A DNA stretch of 64,000 bases from Clostridia bacterium (GCA_035561095.1 DATMYE010000022.1:25426-89425); one strand, 5' to 3'. Shown: positions 28,386 to 38,018, counted from the stretch's first letter. The notes: a model not told the origin generated them from the letters alone. Numbers and translations: made by a program.

Positions 28386-31300
28386 ATGCGAAAGGATACG
28401 TTTGTGCGTAAACTGCTGACAATCCTGCTGCTTCTCGCGCTCCTGTGCGTTCCCGCGCTGTCGCTTGCCGACAACGGAGATCAGCTCACGGGTGAAGAGC
28501 TGCTGTTTAACGGAGATTTTACGATTCAGGCCGAGAGCGCGTCCCTGCCCGCGGGCTGGGAGCTCAACGCATATCAAAACGACGCGGACAGCGTCGTCGC
28601 CCGCGCGGCGCTCGAAGACGGCACGCCGCAGATCGTGCTCTCCAACCTTGTTGCGAACGACTCGCGCGTGACGCAGCAGGTTGCGGTGCAGCCGAACACG
28701 GTCTACCGCCTGAGCGCGGAGATCCGAACGAGCGATGTGGAGTATGGTACGGGCGCAAACCTCTCGATCGACAACTATGCCATCGACGGTAAATACTGCT
28801 ATTCGGAGAACCTGTTTGATTCGGATACCTGGCGCGCGGTGTCGCTCTATTTCCGCACCTCTGCGGAGCAGACGACGGTCAACGTCGCCCTCCGCCTCGG
28901 CGGCTACGGCACGACCGCAATCGGCACGGCGGAGTTTCGCAATGTCTCGCTCTACGAGTGCGTGACCACGGCGGAATCCATCGTCGACCTTGCGACCTCC
29001 AACGGCAGTGTTTCGAACCAAACGAGCGCCACGCAGGCGGAAGCCGCGAAGACCACAGTAAACGATCCGCTGTATCTCGCGGTCGTGTTCACGCTGGTGC
29101 TCGGCGGCGCGTTCCTCTGGCTCTACCGCAACAAGCTGCGCTATGAGCGGCTGGAGGAGCCGGTCAGCAGGCCTATGCTCGCGCTGATGTTGATCCTGTT
29201 CGGCGCGTTTATCCTCCGCGCGATTCTTTCGATCCTGTTCTACGGCCACCCGACGGACATCAACTGCTTCATGGCATGGGGCAATATGGTCGCGGAGAAT
29301 GGCGCCGCGAACTTCTACACGAGCGGCGCGTTTGCGGACTATCCGCCGGGATACATGTATCTCTGCGGCGCGCTGTCGTGGCTCTGCAAAGTCCTCGGCA
29401 TTCCATACGGTTCGGACGGGATGGCGCTGCTGTTCAAGATGCCGTCTACGTTTGCGGACCTTGCAACGGCATATGTGCTCTATCATCTGGCGAAGAAAAA
29501 CAAACTCGGCGAAAACAAGGCGCTGCTTATCGCGGGCATCTACGCTCTGACGCCGACGCTGATGTTCGTCTCCGGCGCTTGGGGACAGATCGACTCTGTG
29601 CTTGCGCTGCTCATCGCCGTGATGATTCTGCTGCTGCAGAGCGACAAGCGGATCGTGGCTGGCGCGGTCTACGGCCTCGCGGTGCTGATGAAACCGCAGG
29701 CGCTGATGTTCGGACCGATCCTCGCGGTCGCTTTCTTGGTCGATATCTACGACCGAAGGGCGCAGTGGCTCCGCGTGCTGGCGGAAACCATCGTTGCGGT
29801 GTTTGCCGCGCTGCTGGTGATCTTCCTGCTTGCGCTGCCGTTCCAGGGCTCACAAAACTGGGACTGGCTGATCCAGAAATACGCTACCACCGCGGGATCA
29901 TATAACTACGTCTCCATCGAAGCGTTCAACTTTGGCTCCTTGCTCGGCTGGAACTGGAAGACGGCGGACACGCTGTTCCTCGGCATGCCGTACCGCTCAT
30001 TCGGCATGGCGATGATCATCCTCTCCGTGCTGTTTTCGGCCGTGCTGTACTTCTTCGGCAGAAACAAAAACCGCGGCGCACTGTTCCTCTCCGCAGGGCT
30101 GGGGGTGCTGCTGATCTTCACCTTCGGGCACTACATGCACGAGAGATACATGCTGCCCGCGCTTCTGCTGATCTTAATCGCGTATTTGTTTTACGGCGAC
30201 CGGAGGCTGCTCGCGGTGTTTGGTGGCCTCGCCACATCGTCGTTCCTAAACGCTGCTTGCGCGTTCTACGTCGTCAACCATGTCGACGCGCGCGGCACGG
30301 TCTATAACGTCATCACGTTCGTCGGTTCCCTCGGAACTGTGCTGCTTGCATTTTATGCCGCGTATGTATGCGTGGATATCATGCTGCGGAACCGGATTCA
30401 GCCGCTGTTACAGGAAGCCGCGCAGCCGAAGAAACGCGTCTCACGCAGGGTGTCGATCCTGCCGACGATTCCGACGGACAACAAGCTGCACTACTCTAAG
30501 CGGGACATGCTCTATGTGCTCGGCATCACGCTGATCTACGGCATCGTCGCGCTGACCAACCTCGGCTCTCTGACCGCGCCGCAAACCTACTGGTACAGTG
30601 ACAAGGCGGGAGATAGTGTCACGGTCAAGTTTGATAAGTCGGAGCATGTGACCGCCTACAGCGTCTTCGGCAACATCGACAACGACGGCACGCTGCTGCT
30701 GACCACGCCCAGCGGTTTGGAGGAGACCTTCTCCCAGACCTATGACGACATGTTCCGTTGGAAGAAGGTAACGACAGACTTTGTGAGCGATACGGTGACG
30801 CTTTCGCTCTATTCCGGCTCGCTCAAGCTCAACGAGATCGCGTTCTTCGACACCAACGGCGAGCAGATTCCCGTTACGGTGGTCTCCGCGACCGGAACGC
30901 AGGCGAACCTGTTTGATGAGCAGAGAACCGTGCCCGCGGAGCCGAGCTATTTCAACGGCATGTATTTTGACGAGCTGTACCACGGGCGTACGGCTTACGA
31001 AAACCTCCATAACCTCTCGCCTTACGAAAACTCCCATCCGCCGCTGGGCAAACTTTTCATCATGATCGGCGTATGGATCTTCGGCATGGTGCCGTTTGGC
31101 TGGCGCGTCGTCGGCGCGATGTTTGGCATCGGTATGCTGCCGATTCTCTACGCGTTCGGCAAGCGGCTGTTCAAGAACTCCAACTACGCGCTGGTGCTGA
31201 CCGCGCTGTTTGCGTTTGACTTCATGCACTTTACACAGACGCGCATCGCCACCATCGACGTCTACTCCGTGTTCTTCATCCTGCTGATGTACTATTACAT

Positions 31301-32231
31301 GTATCAGTACATCACGATGAATTTCTACATCGACGGACTCAAGCGCACACTCAAGCCGCTCGCACTCTCGGGACTGTTTTTCGGCATCGGAGCCGCATGT
31401 AAATGGACGAGCATCTACGCGGGCGCAGGCCTTGCGGTGCTGCTGTTCGGCTCGCTGATCGCGCGGTATCTCGACTATGCGCAGGTCAACGCGCGTGACA
31501 ACGACGCAGATAAGGCGCGGGTCAAGGATTTCTGGCCGATGGCGATCCGCACGCTGCTCTGGTGCGTGCTGTTCTTTATTGTGATTCCGTTTGCGATCTA
31601 CTTTGCCTCGTACACACCGTATTTCATCTATGAATCCGGCCAGCAGGCAGGGTACGGCGTCGGCGGCATGTTCAAGACGTTTGCGTACTATCAACAGTTT
31701 ATGTACAGCTACCATTCGAACCTGAACGCCACGCATCCCTATCAGTCGAGCTGGTATTCCTGGCCGTTCACGTTCAAGCCGATGTGGTACTATTTCAACA
31801 GCTATATCACGCCCGACCGCATCTCGACGCTCAGCGCGTCCGGCAATCCCGCCGTCTGGTGGGTGTCCGCAATCGGTTCCGTCGCGCTGCTTTGGGCGAG
31901 GCTAAGCAAGAGGGTCGCTTCCGACAAGGCGCTGCAGATTTTCTGCATCGGAATTCTCGCGAACTTCCTGCCTTGGGTGCTGGTGACGCGCTGCACGTTC
32001 ATCTACCACTTCTTCGCGACGGTGCCGTTTATCCTGATGGCGACGGTCTACGCGCTGCAGAAGCTGGAGCAGCGCTATCCGGAGGCGCACTTCATCAAGT
32101 GGTTCTGGGTCGGGTTCGCGGTGCTGTTCTTCGTGCTGCTGTATCCGGGGATCTCCGGCCTGCCGGTTTCGGCGCAGTGGGCGTCCTTTATCTCGAATCT
32201 ACCCGGAGGGAAACTGATGTATGGCGCATAA
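28386..32231 (+). CDS. multidomain membrane glycosyltransferase: CBM-like domain, GT-C module 1 (Gpi18/PIG-V-like), discoidin-like insert, GT-C module 2 (PMT/GT39 family)
   Basis: Signal/anchor MRKDTFVRKLLTILLLLALLCVPALSLA. Beta-sandwich-like region to about 28960. HPTDINCFMAWG...FADYPPGYMYL module. Soluble insert ...LKLNEIAFFD. PMT hallmarks YFDELYH, HPPLGK and YQSSWYSWPF. Confidence 0.7.
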   Translation: MRKDTFVRKLLTILLLLALLCVPALSLADNGDQLTGEELLFNGDFTIQAESASLPAGWELNAYQNDADSVVARAALEDGTPQIVLSNLVANDSRVTQQVAVQPNTVYRLSAEIRTSDVEYGTGANLSIDNYAIDGKYCYSENLFDSDTWRAVSLYFRTSAEQTTVNVALRLGGYGTTAIGTAEFRNVSLYECVTTAESIVDLATSNGSVSNQTSATQAEAAKTTVNDPLYLAVVFTLVLGGAFLWLYRNKLRYERLEEPVSRPMLALMLILFGAFILRAILSILFYGHPTDINCFMAWGNMVAENGAANFYTSGAFADYPPGYMYLCGALSWLCKVLGIPYGSDGMALLFKMPSTFADLATAYVLYHLAKKNKLGENKALLIAGIYALTPTLMFVSGAWGQIDSVLALLIAVMILLLQSDKRIVAGAVYGLAVLMKPQALMFGPILAVAFLVDIYDRRAQWLRVLAETIVAVFAALLVIFLLALPFQGSQNWDWLIQKYATTAGSYNYVSIEAFNFGSLLGWNWKTADTLFLGMPYRSFGMAMIILSVLFSAVLYFFGRNKNRGALFLSAGLGVLLIFTFGHYMHERYMLPALLLILIAYLFYGDRRLLAVFGGLATSSFLNAACAFYVVNHVDARGTVYNVITFVGSLGTVLLAFYAAYVCVDIMLRNRIQPLLQEAAQPKKRVSRRVSILPTIPTDNKLHYSKRDMLYVLGITLIYGIVALTNLGSLTAPQTYWYSDKAGDSVTVKFDKSEHVTAYSVFGNIDNDGTLLLTTPSGLEETFSQTYDDMFRWKKVTTDFVSDTVTLSLYSGSLKLNEIAFFDTNGEQIPVTVVSATGTQANLFDEQRTVPAEPSYFNGMYFDELYHGRTAYENLHNLSPYENSHPPLGKLFIMIGVWIFGMVPFGWRVVGAMFGIGMLPILYAFGKRLFKNSNYALVLTALFAFDFMHFTQTRIATIDVYSVFFILLMYYYMYQYITMNFYIDGLKRTLKPLALSGLFFGIGAACKWTSIYAGAGLAVLLFGSLIARYLDYAQVNARDNDADKARVKDFWPMAIRTLLWCVLFFIVIPFAIYFASYTPYFIYESGQQAGYGVGGMFKTFAYYQQFMYSYHSNLNATHPYQSSWYSWPFTFKPMWYYFNSYITPDRISTLSASGNPAVWWVSAIGSVALLWARLSKRVASDKALQIFCIGILANFLPWVLVTRCTFIYHFFATVPFILMATVYALQKLEQRYPEAHFIKWFWVGFAVLFFVLLYPGISGLPVSAQWASFISNLPGGKLMYGA

Positions 32232-32715
32232 GGAAGAGTCCAAGAAAACGCTCAAGCAGGTTGCGAAGTTCGCAATCGTGGGTGTATTGAACACTCTGGT
32301 CGATTTTGCTGTGTTTCAGACGCTGAATCTCACGCTGGGCTGGGTCTATGCAGCGCAGGTGCTTGGCTATACCGCGGGCGTGATCAACAGCTATCTTTGG
32401 AACAGCAACTGGACGTTCCGCGAACAGCGGACGCGCTCACTGCGCGAAATGGCTCTGTTTTTGCTGGTCAATCTCGCGTCGCTCGGCGTTTCCCTCGGCA
32501 TGATCTGGTTGCTACGGGATGTGGTCGGCATCACGAACGCCTGGGTGGCGACTTGGATGCCGCAGGGGATCGCGGGATTTGTCAAGGGCGATACGGTCTG
32601 CAAGCTCATCGCGACGGTGTTTGCCATCGCGGTCAACTACCTCGGCAACAAGCTGTTCGTCTTCCGTAAGAAGGAAGCGGCGGCGGAGCAGACGGAGACG
32701 TTGCCCGCCGAATAA
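32221..32715 (+). CDS. gtrA: GtrA family membrane protein (polyprenyl-phosphate-sugar translocation)
   Basis: QVAKFAIVGVLNTLVDFAVFQ...INSYLWNSNWTF...NYLGNKLFVF, four TM helices. Overlaps the upstream GT by 11 nt. Confidence 0.8.
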   Translation: MAHKEESKKTLKQVAKFAIVGVLNTLVDFAVFQTLNLTLGWVYAAQVLGYTAGVINSYLWNSNWTFREQRTRSLREMALFLLVNLASLGVSLGMIWLLRDVVGITNAWVATWMPQGIAGFVKGDTVCKLIATVFAIAVNYLGNKLFVFRKKEAAAEQTETLPAE

Positions 32716-32743
32716 CCAAAAGAAAACATCGAATTTTGTCGAA

Positions 32744-32769
32744 AAAGCGCCGCACGTCCGGCGCTTTTC
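32744..32769 (+). terminator. rho-independent terminator after gtrA
   Basis: AGCGCCG-CACGTC-CGGCGCT followed by TTT. Confidence 0.7.
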
Positions 32770-32827
32770 GTGTATACTGAACATAACCGTGAAAAAACGG
32801 AAATTCGCGAGAGGAATACACTTCTGC

Positions 32828-34354
32828 ATGCTATCGCGTATCAAAAGCCACGGACTCAACGGAATCGGCGGCTTTGCCGTACAGGTGGAGACGGATATCG
32901 CAAACGGGCTGCCCGGATTTGAAATCGTTGGCCTGCCGGACGCAGCGGTCAAGGAATCGCGCGAGCGCGTGCGCGCCGCGATCAAGAACGCGGGCTACAT
33001 CTTTCCGGCCGCTCGCATCACGGTCAACCTTGCTCCCGCGGACATGCGAAAAGAGGGCGCGGTCTACGATCTGCCCGTCGCGCTGTCGATTCTCGCGGCA
33101 TCCGGTCAGCTCGGCGCGAACCCGAACCCGTCGTTTGTGACGTTCGGCGAGCTGGGACTCGACGGCGGCGTACGCGCCATCGCGGGCACGCTGCCGATGG
33201 TGATCGACGCGTTTTCCAAAGGGGAGACACTCTTTGCCGTGCCGGAAGGCAACGCAGAAGAAGCGGCATATGTCGAGGGCGTGACCATTCTGCCTGTCGC
33301 CTCGCTTGCGCAGCTGTGCGAATTTGTGCGCGGAGACGCGAATATTGTCCCGCACCCGACCGAGCGGTGGTTGGGCTATGAGCAACGGTTTGCGACCGAT
33401 TTTAGCGAGATCAAAGGCCAGCAAGGCGCAAAACGCGCGGCGGAGATCGCCATCGCGGGCGGGCATAATATCCTCCTCATCGGCACGCCCGGCGCGGGCA
33501 AGACCATGCTCGCGCGCGCGATTCCCTCGATTTTGCCGCAGCTGACTTACGAAGAATCTCTGGAGATTACCAAGATACATTCCATCACGGGCGCGACGAA
33601 AGGCCGCGGCATGATCCGCGAACGTCCGTTTCGCGCGCCGCACCACGGCGCGTCCAGCGCGGCGCTCGTCGGCGGCGGCAACCGCGCCATGCCGGGCGAG
33701 ATCAGCCTCGCGCACTACGGGGTGCTCTTTCTCGACGAGTTGCCGGAGTTTCAGCACAACGTGCTGGAGGCGCTGCGCCAGCCGCTGGAGGACGGGTTTA
33801 TCACGGTCAGTCGCGCGGCGGCAACGGCGACGTATCCCGCGGAGTTTGTGCTCGTCGCCGCGATGAATCCGTGCCCCTGCGGCAACCACGGCTCGAAGAT
33901 CCACCCTTGCCGCTGTGCCAAGAGTCAGATCGAGCGTTATCGCGGGCGCATCAGCGGGCCGCTGTTAGATCGCATCGACATTCAGATCGAGATGCCGGAG
34001 GTCGGATTCCTCGAACTCTCGGAAAAATCGGCGTGCGAACCCTCCACCGTGATCCGCGCGCGCGTAGAAGCAGCGCGGGAGGCGCAGAGGAAGCGCTTTG
34101 CCGAAGACGGCATCCTGCTCAACGCGCAGATGAACTCCAAGCTCATCAAACGCTATTGCGCGCCCGATCCCGCGAGCGAGCAGCTGCTTGCGCGGGCATA
34201 TGCGGAGCTGAAGCTCTCCGCGCGCGCCTACCAGCGCATCCTGAAGGTCGCGCGGACGATTGCGGACGTGGAGGGCGCGAAGGAGATCGCGCTTGCGCAC
34301 TACGCAGAGGCGATCCAGTACCGCAGCCTCGACCAGAGCGGAAGGGAAGCGTAA
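32828..34354 (+). CDS. comM: YifB/ComM family Mg-chelatase-like AAA+ ATPase
   Basis: MLSRIKSHGLNGIGGFAVQVETDI...GLPD, GTPGAGKTMLA Walker A, VLFLDELPEF Walker B. The track start at 32519 is an out-of-context extension. Confidence 0.9.
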   Translation: MLSRIKSHGLNGIGGFAVQVETDIANGLPGFEIVGLPDAAVKESRERVRAAIKNAGYIFPAARITVNLAPADMRKEGAVYDLPVALSILAASGQLGANPNPSFVTFGELGLDGGVRAIAGTLPMVIDAFSKGETLFAVPEGNAEEAAYVEGVTILPVASLAQLCEFVRGDANIVPHPTERWLGYEQRFATDFSEIKGQQGAKRAAEIAIAGGHNILLIGTPGAGKTMLARAIPSILPQLTYEESLEITKIHSITGATKGRGMIRERPFRAPHHGASSAALVGGGNRAMPGEISLAHYGVLFLDELPEFQHNVLEALRQPLEDGFITVSRAAATATYPAEFVLVAAMNPCPCGNHGSKIHPCRCAKSQIERYRGRISGPLLDRIDIQIEMPEVGFLELSEKSACEPSTVIRARVEAAREAQRKRFAEDGILLNAQMNSKLIKRYCAPDPASEQLLARAYAELKLSARAYQRILKVARTIADVEGAKEIALAHYAEAIQYRSLDQSGREA

Positions 34355-34358
34355 CTCG

Positions 34359-35507
34359 ATGGCGCGGGAGACTACGCCGGAGATCGTCGCGCGTCTCTGG
34401 CTGAATTATGCGACGGAATATAACGCACGAGCGTTTCACAAGATCGCGAATCGCTATGGTTCGCCTGCTGAAGCGCGCGCGGCGTTTTCCGCCAGCGCGG
34501 AGGATTTTGCCGCACTGCCGGAGTATTTCCGTCTGCGGCTCAACGAGGCGAATCAGGCGGGGTTTGTCGAGCGGCTGATCGAACGAATGGAGCAAAAGCA
34601 CATTCGCTTCACCTTTCCCGGCGACGATCGTTACCCGAAGCTCCTCGCCGAAATACCCGATCCGCCGAGCATGCTCTACTACATTGGGCAGATCGAGCCC
34701 GATCCGGAGCTTGCCATCGCGGTTATTGGCTCCCGGCACCCAAGCAAGTACGGCATCGAGGTCGCAAAGCGCTTTGGATACGAGCTTGCCTCTGCGGGTG
34801 CGCTGGTTGTCTCCGGCTTGGCGGAGGGAATCGACGCCTGCGCCGCGCGCGGCGCGCTGGACGCGAAGCACGCTCTCTGCCCGACACTTGCGGTGCTCGG
34901 CTGCGGGGTGGACGTCGTTTACCCGCAATCGAACGCGAAGATGTATGATGAAATCATCGAACGCGGGGCGGTCGTGTCAGAGTTTCTGCCGGGGGCACCG
35001 CCGATCAGCAAACATTTCCCGATTCGCAACCGCGTGATGAGCGGGCTTGCGCACGGAACGCTCGTGGTCGAGGCCGCGGAACGCAGCGGAACCAGCATCA
35101 CCGCGGGCTATGCGCACGATCAGGGCAGGGATGTGTTCGCCGTGCCCGGACGCATCGGGGACGAGATGAGCGCGGGACCCAACGGTATGATCGCGCGCGG
35201 CGAGGCGAAGCCCGTGTTCTCGCCGGAGGAGATTCTCTCGGAGTATTCCTGCCTGCATGTGCCCGCGGAGACGCGCCCGCCGGCGAACGTTCTGCTGCTC
35301 TCCACGCTACCGGAGGATCAGCGCGCCATCTGCCGCCTGCTCAAGGGCGGCGAGATGAGCTTTGACGATCTATGCGACGCGCTTTCGCTGCCCATCGGCA
35401 CGATGAATGCGTGCCTGACGGAGCTGCAGTTCTCCGGCATCGTGCAGGTGCTGCCCGGCAGACGCTATTGCATCGACACCGATAAGGTAAAGCTCAAGGA
35501 TATATAA
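34359..35507 (+). CDS. dprA: DNA-processing protein DprA
   Basis: IAVIGSRHPSKYGIEVAKRFGYELASAGALVVSGLAEGIDACAARGAL is the DprA Rossmann fold, with a C-terminal winged-helix-like tail. Confidence 0.9.
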   Translation: MARETTPEIVARLWLNYATEYNARAFHKIANRYGSPAEARAAFSASAEDFAALPEYFRLRLNEANQAGFVERLIERMEQKHIRFTFPGDDRYPKLLAEIPDPPSMLYYIGQIEPDPELAIAVIGSRHPSKYGIEVAKRFGYELASAGALVVSGLAEGIDACAARGALDAKHALCPTLAVLGCGVDVVYPQSNAKMYDEIIERGAVVSEFLPGAPPISKHFPIRNRVMSGLAHGTLVVEAAERSGTSITAGYAHDQGRDVFAVPGRIGDEMSAGPNGMIARGEAKPVFSPEEILSEYSCLHVPAETRPPANVLLLSTLPEDQRAICRLLKGGEMSFDDLCDALSLPIGTMNACLTELQFSGIVQVLPGRRYCIDTDKVKLKDI

Positions 35508-35769
35508 CTCAATAAACAGTAATCATAATAAAATAAACAGTATGATTGGCCGAGCCAGAAATGATGCGCTCGCATCCGTCGTGCAAGCGCGTTACGATCG
35601 GCTTGCAGGAGATTTCGTTGGCGCAGCGCTGCGCGCAGCAGAGATTATATAATAGAAGAAATTTTCTTACGCCGTGATTTTCACGCATATGGATATTGTC
35701 ATTTCAGAAAAATTTAAGCGAATAAACGCTGTTTTCAGGTGGAAACGGAATCATTTCAAAAGATTACTC

Positions 35770-35798
35770 TTGACAGAATTGCATTATTTCGGAATAAT
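35770..35798 (+). promoter_or_regulatory. candidate sigma-A-type promoter for topA
   Basis: TTGACA (35770-35775), 17-nt spacer, AATAAT (35793-35798). Confidence 0.45.
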
Positions 35799-35875
35799 GA
35801 AGCAGTTGCCGGAGGAATCGTACGCCTATTGCGCGTATAACGCCCGCTTTGGGCGCATCCGGTGGGAGGAACGCT

Positions 35876-37993
35876 ATGTCAGAAACACTCGTCATCGTCG
35901 AGTCGCCCGCAAAGGCGAAGACGATCGGTAAATTTTTAGGGAGCAAATACAAGGTGGTCGCGTCCAACGGCCATGTGCGCGATTTGCCCAAAAGCCAGCT
36001 TGGCGTGAAGATTGAGAAGAATTTTGAGCCGAAGTACATCACCCTGCGCGGCAGAGGCGATGTTTTGGAGCGCATCCGGAAAGAGGCGAAGAGCGCCGAG
36101 AAAGTGTTTCTCGCGACCGACCCTGACCGCGAAGGAGAAGCCATCAGCTGGCATTTGGCGCAGGTGCTGAATCTCGACGAGACCAGCAAATGCCGCATCG
36201 TGTTCAACGAGATCACATCCACGGCGGTGAAAAACTCGATCAAAGGCGCGAGGCCCATCGATATGCGCCTTGTCAACGCGCAGCAGGCGCGCCGGATTCT
36301 CGACCGACTTGTCGGTTACGAGATCAGCCCGATCCTCTGGCGCAAAGTGCGAAAAGGCCTTTCCGCCGGACGCGTACAGAGCGTTGCAACCCGCATCATC
36401 TGCGACCGCGAAAGCGAAATCCGCGATTTTGTGCCGGAAGAATACTGGAACCTCTCCGTCAAGCTCCGCGAAATCGCGAACAAAAAAGCGTCGTTTGACG
36501 CGAAGTATTACGGCGAGAACGGCACCAAACGCGACCTCTGCAACGAGGCCGACACCAACGCCGTGCTCGAACGCATCCGCGACCAGATCTACACCATCAC
36601 CGAGGTCAAGGAGGGCGTGAAATCGCGCCATCCCGCGCCGCCGTTTACGACGAGCAGCCTCCAGCAGGAAGCCTCTCGCAAGCTCGGTTTTACGACCAAG
36701 CGCACGATGATGATCGCGCAGCAGCTCTATGAGGGCATCGACATCGGCGGCAAAGGCGCGGTTGGTTTGATCTCCTATATCCGTACCGACTCCGTCCGTA
36801 TCGCCTCCGAGGCGCAGCAGGCGGCGCGCGCGTTCATCGGCGACCGCTTCGGCAGCGTTTATGTGCCGGAGAAGCCGAACTTTTATAAAGGACGCGACAA
36901 CGCGCAGGACGCGCATGAAGCCATCCGCCCCACGAGCGTGGATCATGAGCCCGCGGCGATCAAAGATCACCTCACGAGCGAACAGTTCCGCCTTTACAAA
37001 CTCGTCTACGAGCGCTTCCTCGCGAGCCAGATGAGCGACGCGACCTTCGCCACCACGCAGGTGACTCTGGACTGCGCTGGTGCTACCTTCCGCGCAAACG
37101 GCATCCGCACGATCTTTGACGGCTTTACCGCGATCTATACGGAAGGCCGCGACGACGTACAGGAGAAGGAAACCGCGCTGCCGGAGCTTGCGCAGGGGGA
37201 AATCTGCAAGGCGGAGAAGATCGAACACGAACAGAAATTCACCCAGCCGCCGCCCCGCTACACGGAAGCGACGCTAGTCAAGGCTTTGGAAGAAAAGGGA
37301 ATCGGGAGACCGAGCACCTATTCGCCGACGATCTCCACGATCGTGGAGCGCGGCTATATCGCGCGCGAAAAGAAGCAGCTGGTGCCGACGGAGCTCGGCT
37401 TTGTCGTCAACCGCTTTATGATGGACAATTTTGACGAGATCGTCGACGTGCAGTTCACCGCCGGCATGGAAAACGACCTCGACGGCGTTGAAGAGGACAA
37501 GGTCGGCTGGGCGGACGTGCTCGGCAGATTCTACGGGCCGTTCCACAAGAAGGTTGAAATCGCGCTGGAGAAAGCACCGCCGGAGAAGATTCCGGACGAG
37601 GTTTCGGACATCGTTTGCGAGAAGTGCGGCGCCATGATGGTCTACAAGATCGGTCGCTTTGGCAAGTTCCTCGCCTGCCCGAATTTCCCGACCTGCCGCA
37701 ACACCAAGGCGATTGTGGAGAAGATCGACGTCCCGTGCCCCAAGTGCGGCGCGGCGCTGATCAAGAGAAAGAGCAAGCGCGGTAAAGCCTTTTATGGCTG
37801 TGAACGGTATCCGGAGTGCGACTTCGTCTCCTGGGACAAGCCCACTAAGATGCCCTGCCCGCAGTGCGGCGGCATGATGGTGCAGAAGATCGGCCAGAAC
37901 GGCAGCTATATTGCATGCCTCAACAAGGAGTGCGGCTATATCCACCGCAACGCGAAGAAGAACAAGGACGAGAAAGAGGCGGAAGCCGAATAA
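35876..37993 (+). CDS. topA: DNA topoisomerase I
   Basis: MSETLVIVESPAKAKTIGKFLG (Toprim), ...ISYIRTDS catalytic Tyr region and three C-terminal C4 zinc ribbons. GGGAGGA SD upstream. Confidence 0.95.
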   Translation: MSETLVIVESPAKAKTIGKFLGSKYKVVASNGHVRDLPKSQLGVKIEKNFEPKYITLRGRGDVLERIRKEAKSAEKVFLATDPDREGEAISWHLAQVLNLDETSKCRIVFNEITSTAVKNSIKGARPIDMRLVNAQQARRILDRLVGYEISPILWRKVRKGLSAGRVQSVATRIICDRESEIRDFVPEEYWNLSVKLREIANKKASFDAKYYGENGTKRDLCNEADTNAVLERIRDQIYTITEVKEGVKSRHPAPPFTTSSLQQEASRKLGFTTKRTMMIAQQLYEGIDIGGKGAVGLISYIRTDSVRIASEAQQAARAFIGDRFGSVYVPEKPNFYKGRDNAQDAHEAIRPTSVDHEPAAIKDHLTSEQFRLYKLVYERFLASQMSDATFATTQVTLDCAGATFRANGIRTIFDGFTAIYTEGRDDVQEKETALPELAQGEICKAEKIEHEQKFTQPPPRYTEATLVKALEEKGIGRPSTYSPTISTIVERGYIAREKKQLVPTELGFVVNRFMMDNFDEIVDVQFTAGMENDLDGVEEDKVGWADVLGRFYGPFHKKVEIALEKAPPEKIPDEVSDIVCEKCGAMMVYKIGRFGKFLACPNFPTCRNTKAIVEKIDVPCPKCGAALIKRKSKRGKAFYGCERYPECDFVSWDKPTKMPCPQCGGMMVQKIGQNGSYIACLNKECGYIHRNAKKNKDEKEAEAE

Positions 37994-38018
37994 TCGTCCG
38001 GCGTAAGGAAGAGAAACC

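Noticed and set aside
28284-31736. 400-aa and 431-aa minus-strand ORFs (28284-29486, 30441-31736) inside the large glycosyltransferase gene
   Set aside because: They are antisense to a frame with clear TM periodicity and PMT motifs. They are Arg/His-rich nonsense with no start context.
32519-32827. Long N-terminal extensions of track ORFs, for example comM from 32519; similar cases at 218, 3660, 4145, 6345, 14311, 48166 and 51158
   Set aside because: The extensions run through upstream genes, terminators or promoters and encode Arg/Ser-rich junk. Internal ATGs with good SDs give canonical family N-termini.
35640-35670. AT-rich palindromic-looking stretch (GAGATTATATAATAGAAGAAATTTTC) as a dif/Xer site
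   Set aside because: It has only superficial AT-richness and does not align to the Firmicute dif consensus arms. All flanking genes keep the same orientation, so there is no sign of a terminus.
35674-35931. 85-aa ORF in the dprA-topA spacer running into topA
   Set aside because: It has no SD, overlaps the topA promoter and start in another frame, and has an implausible composition.
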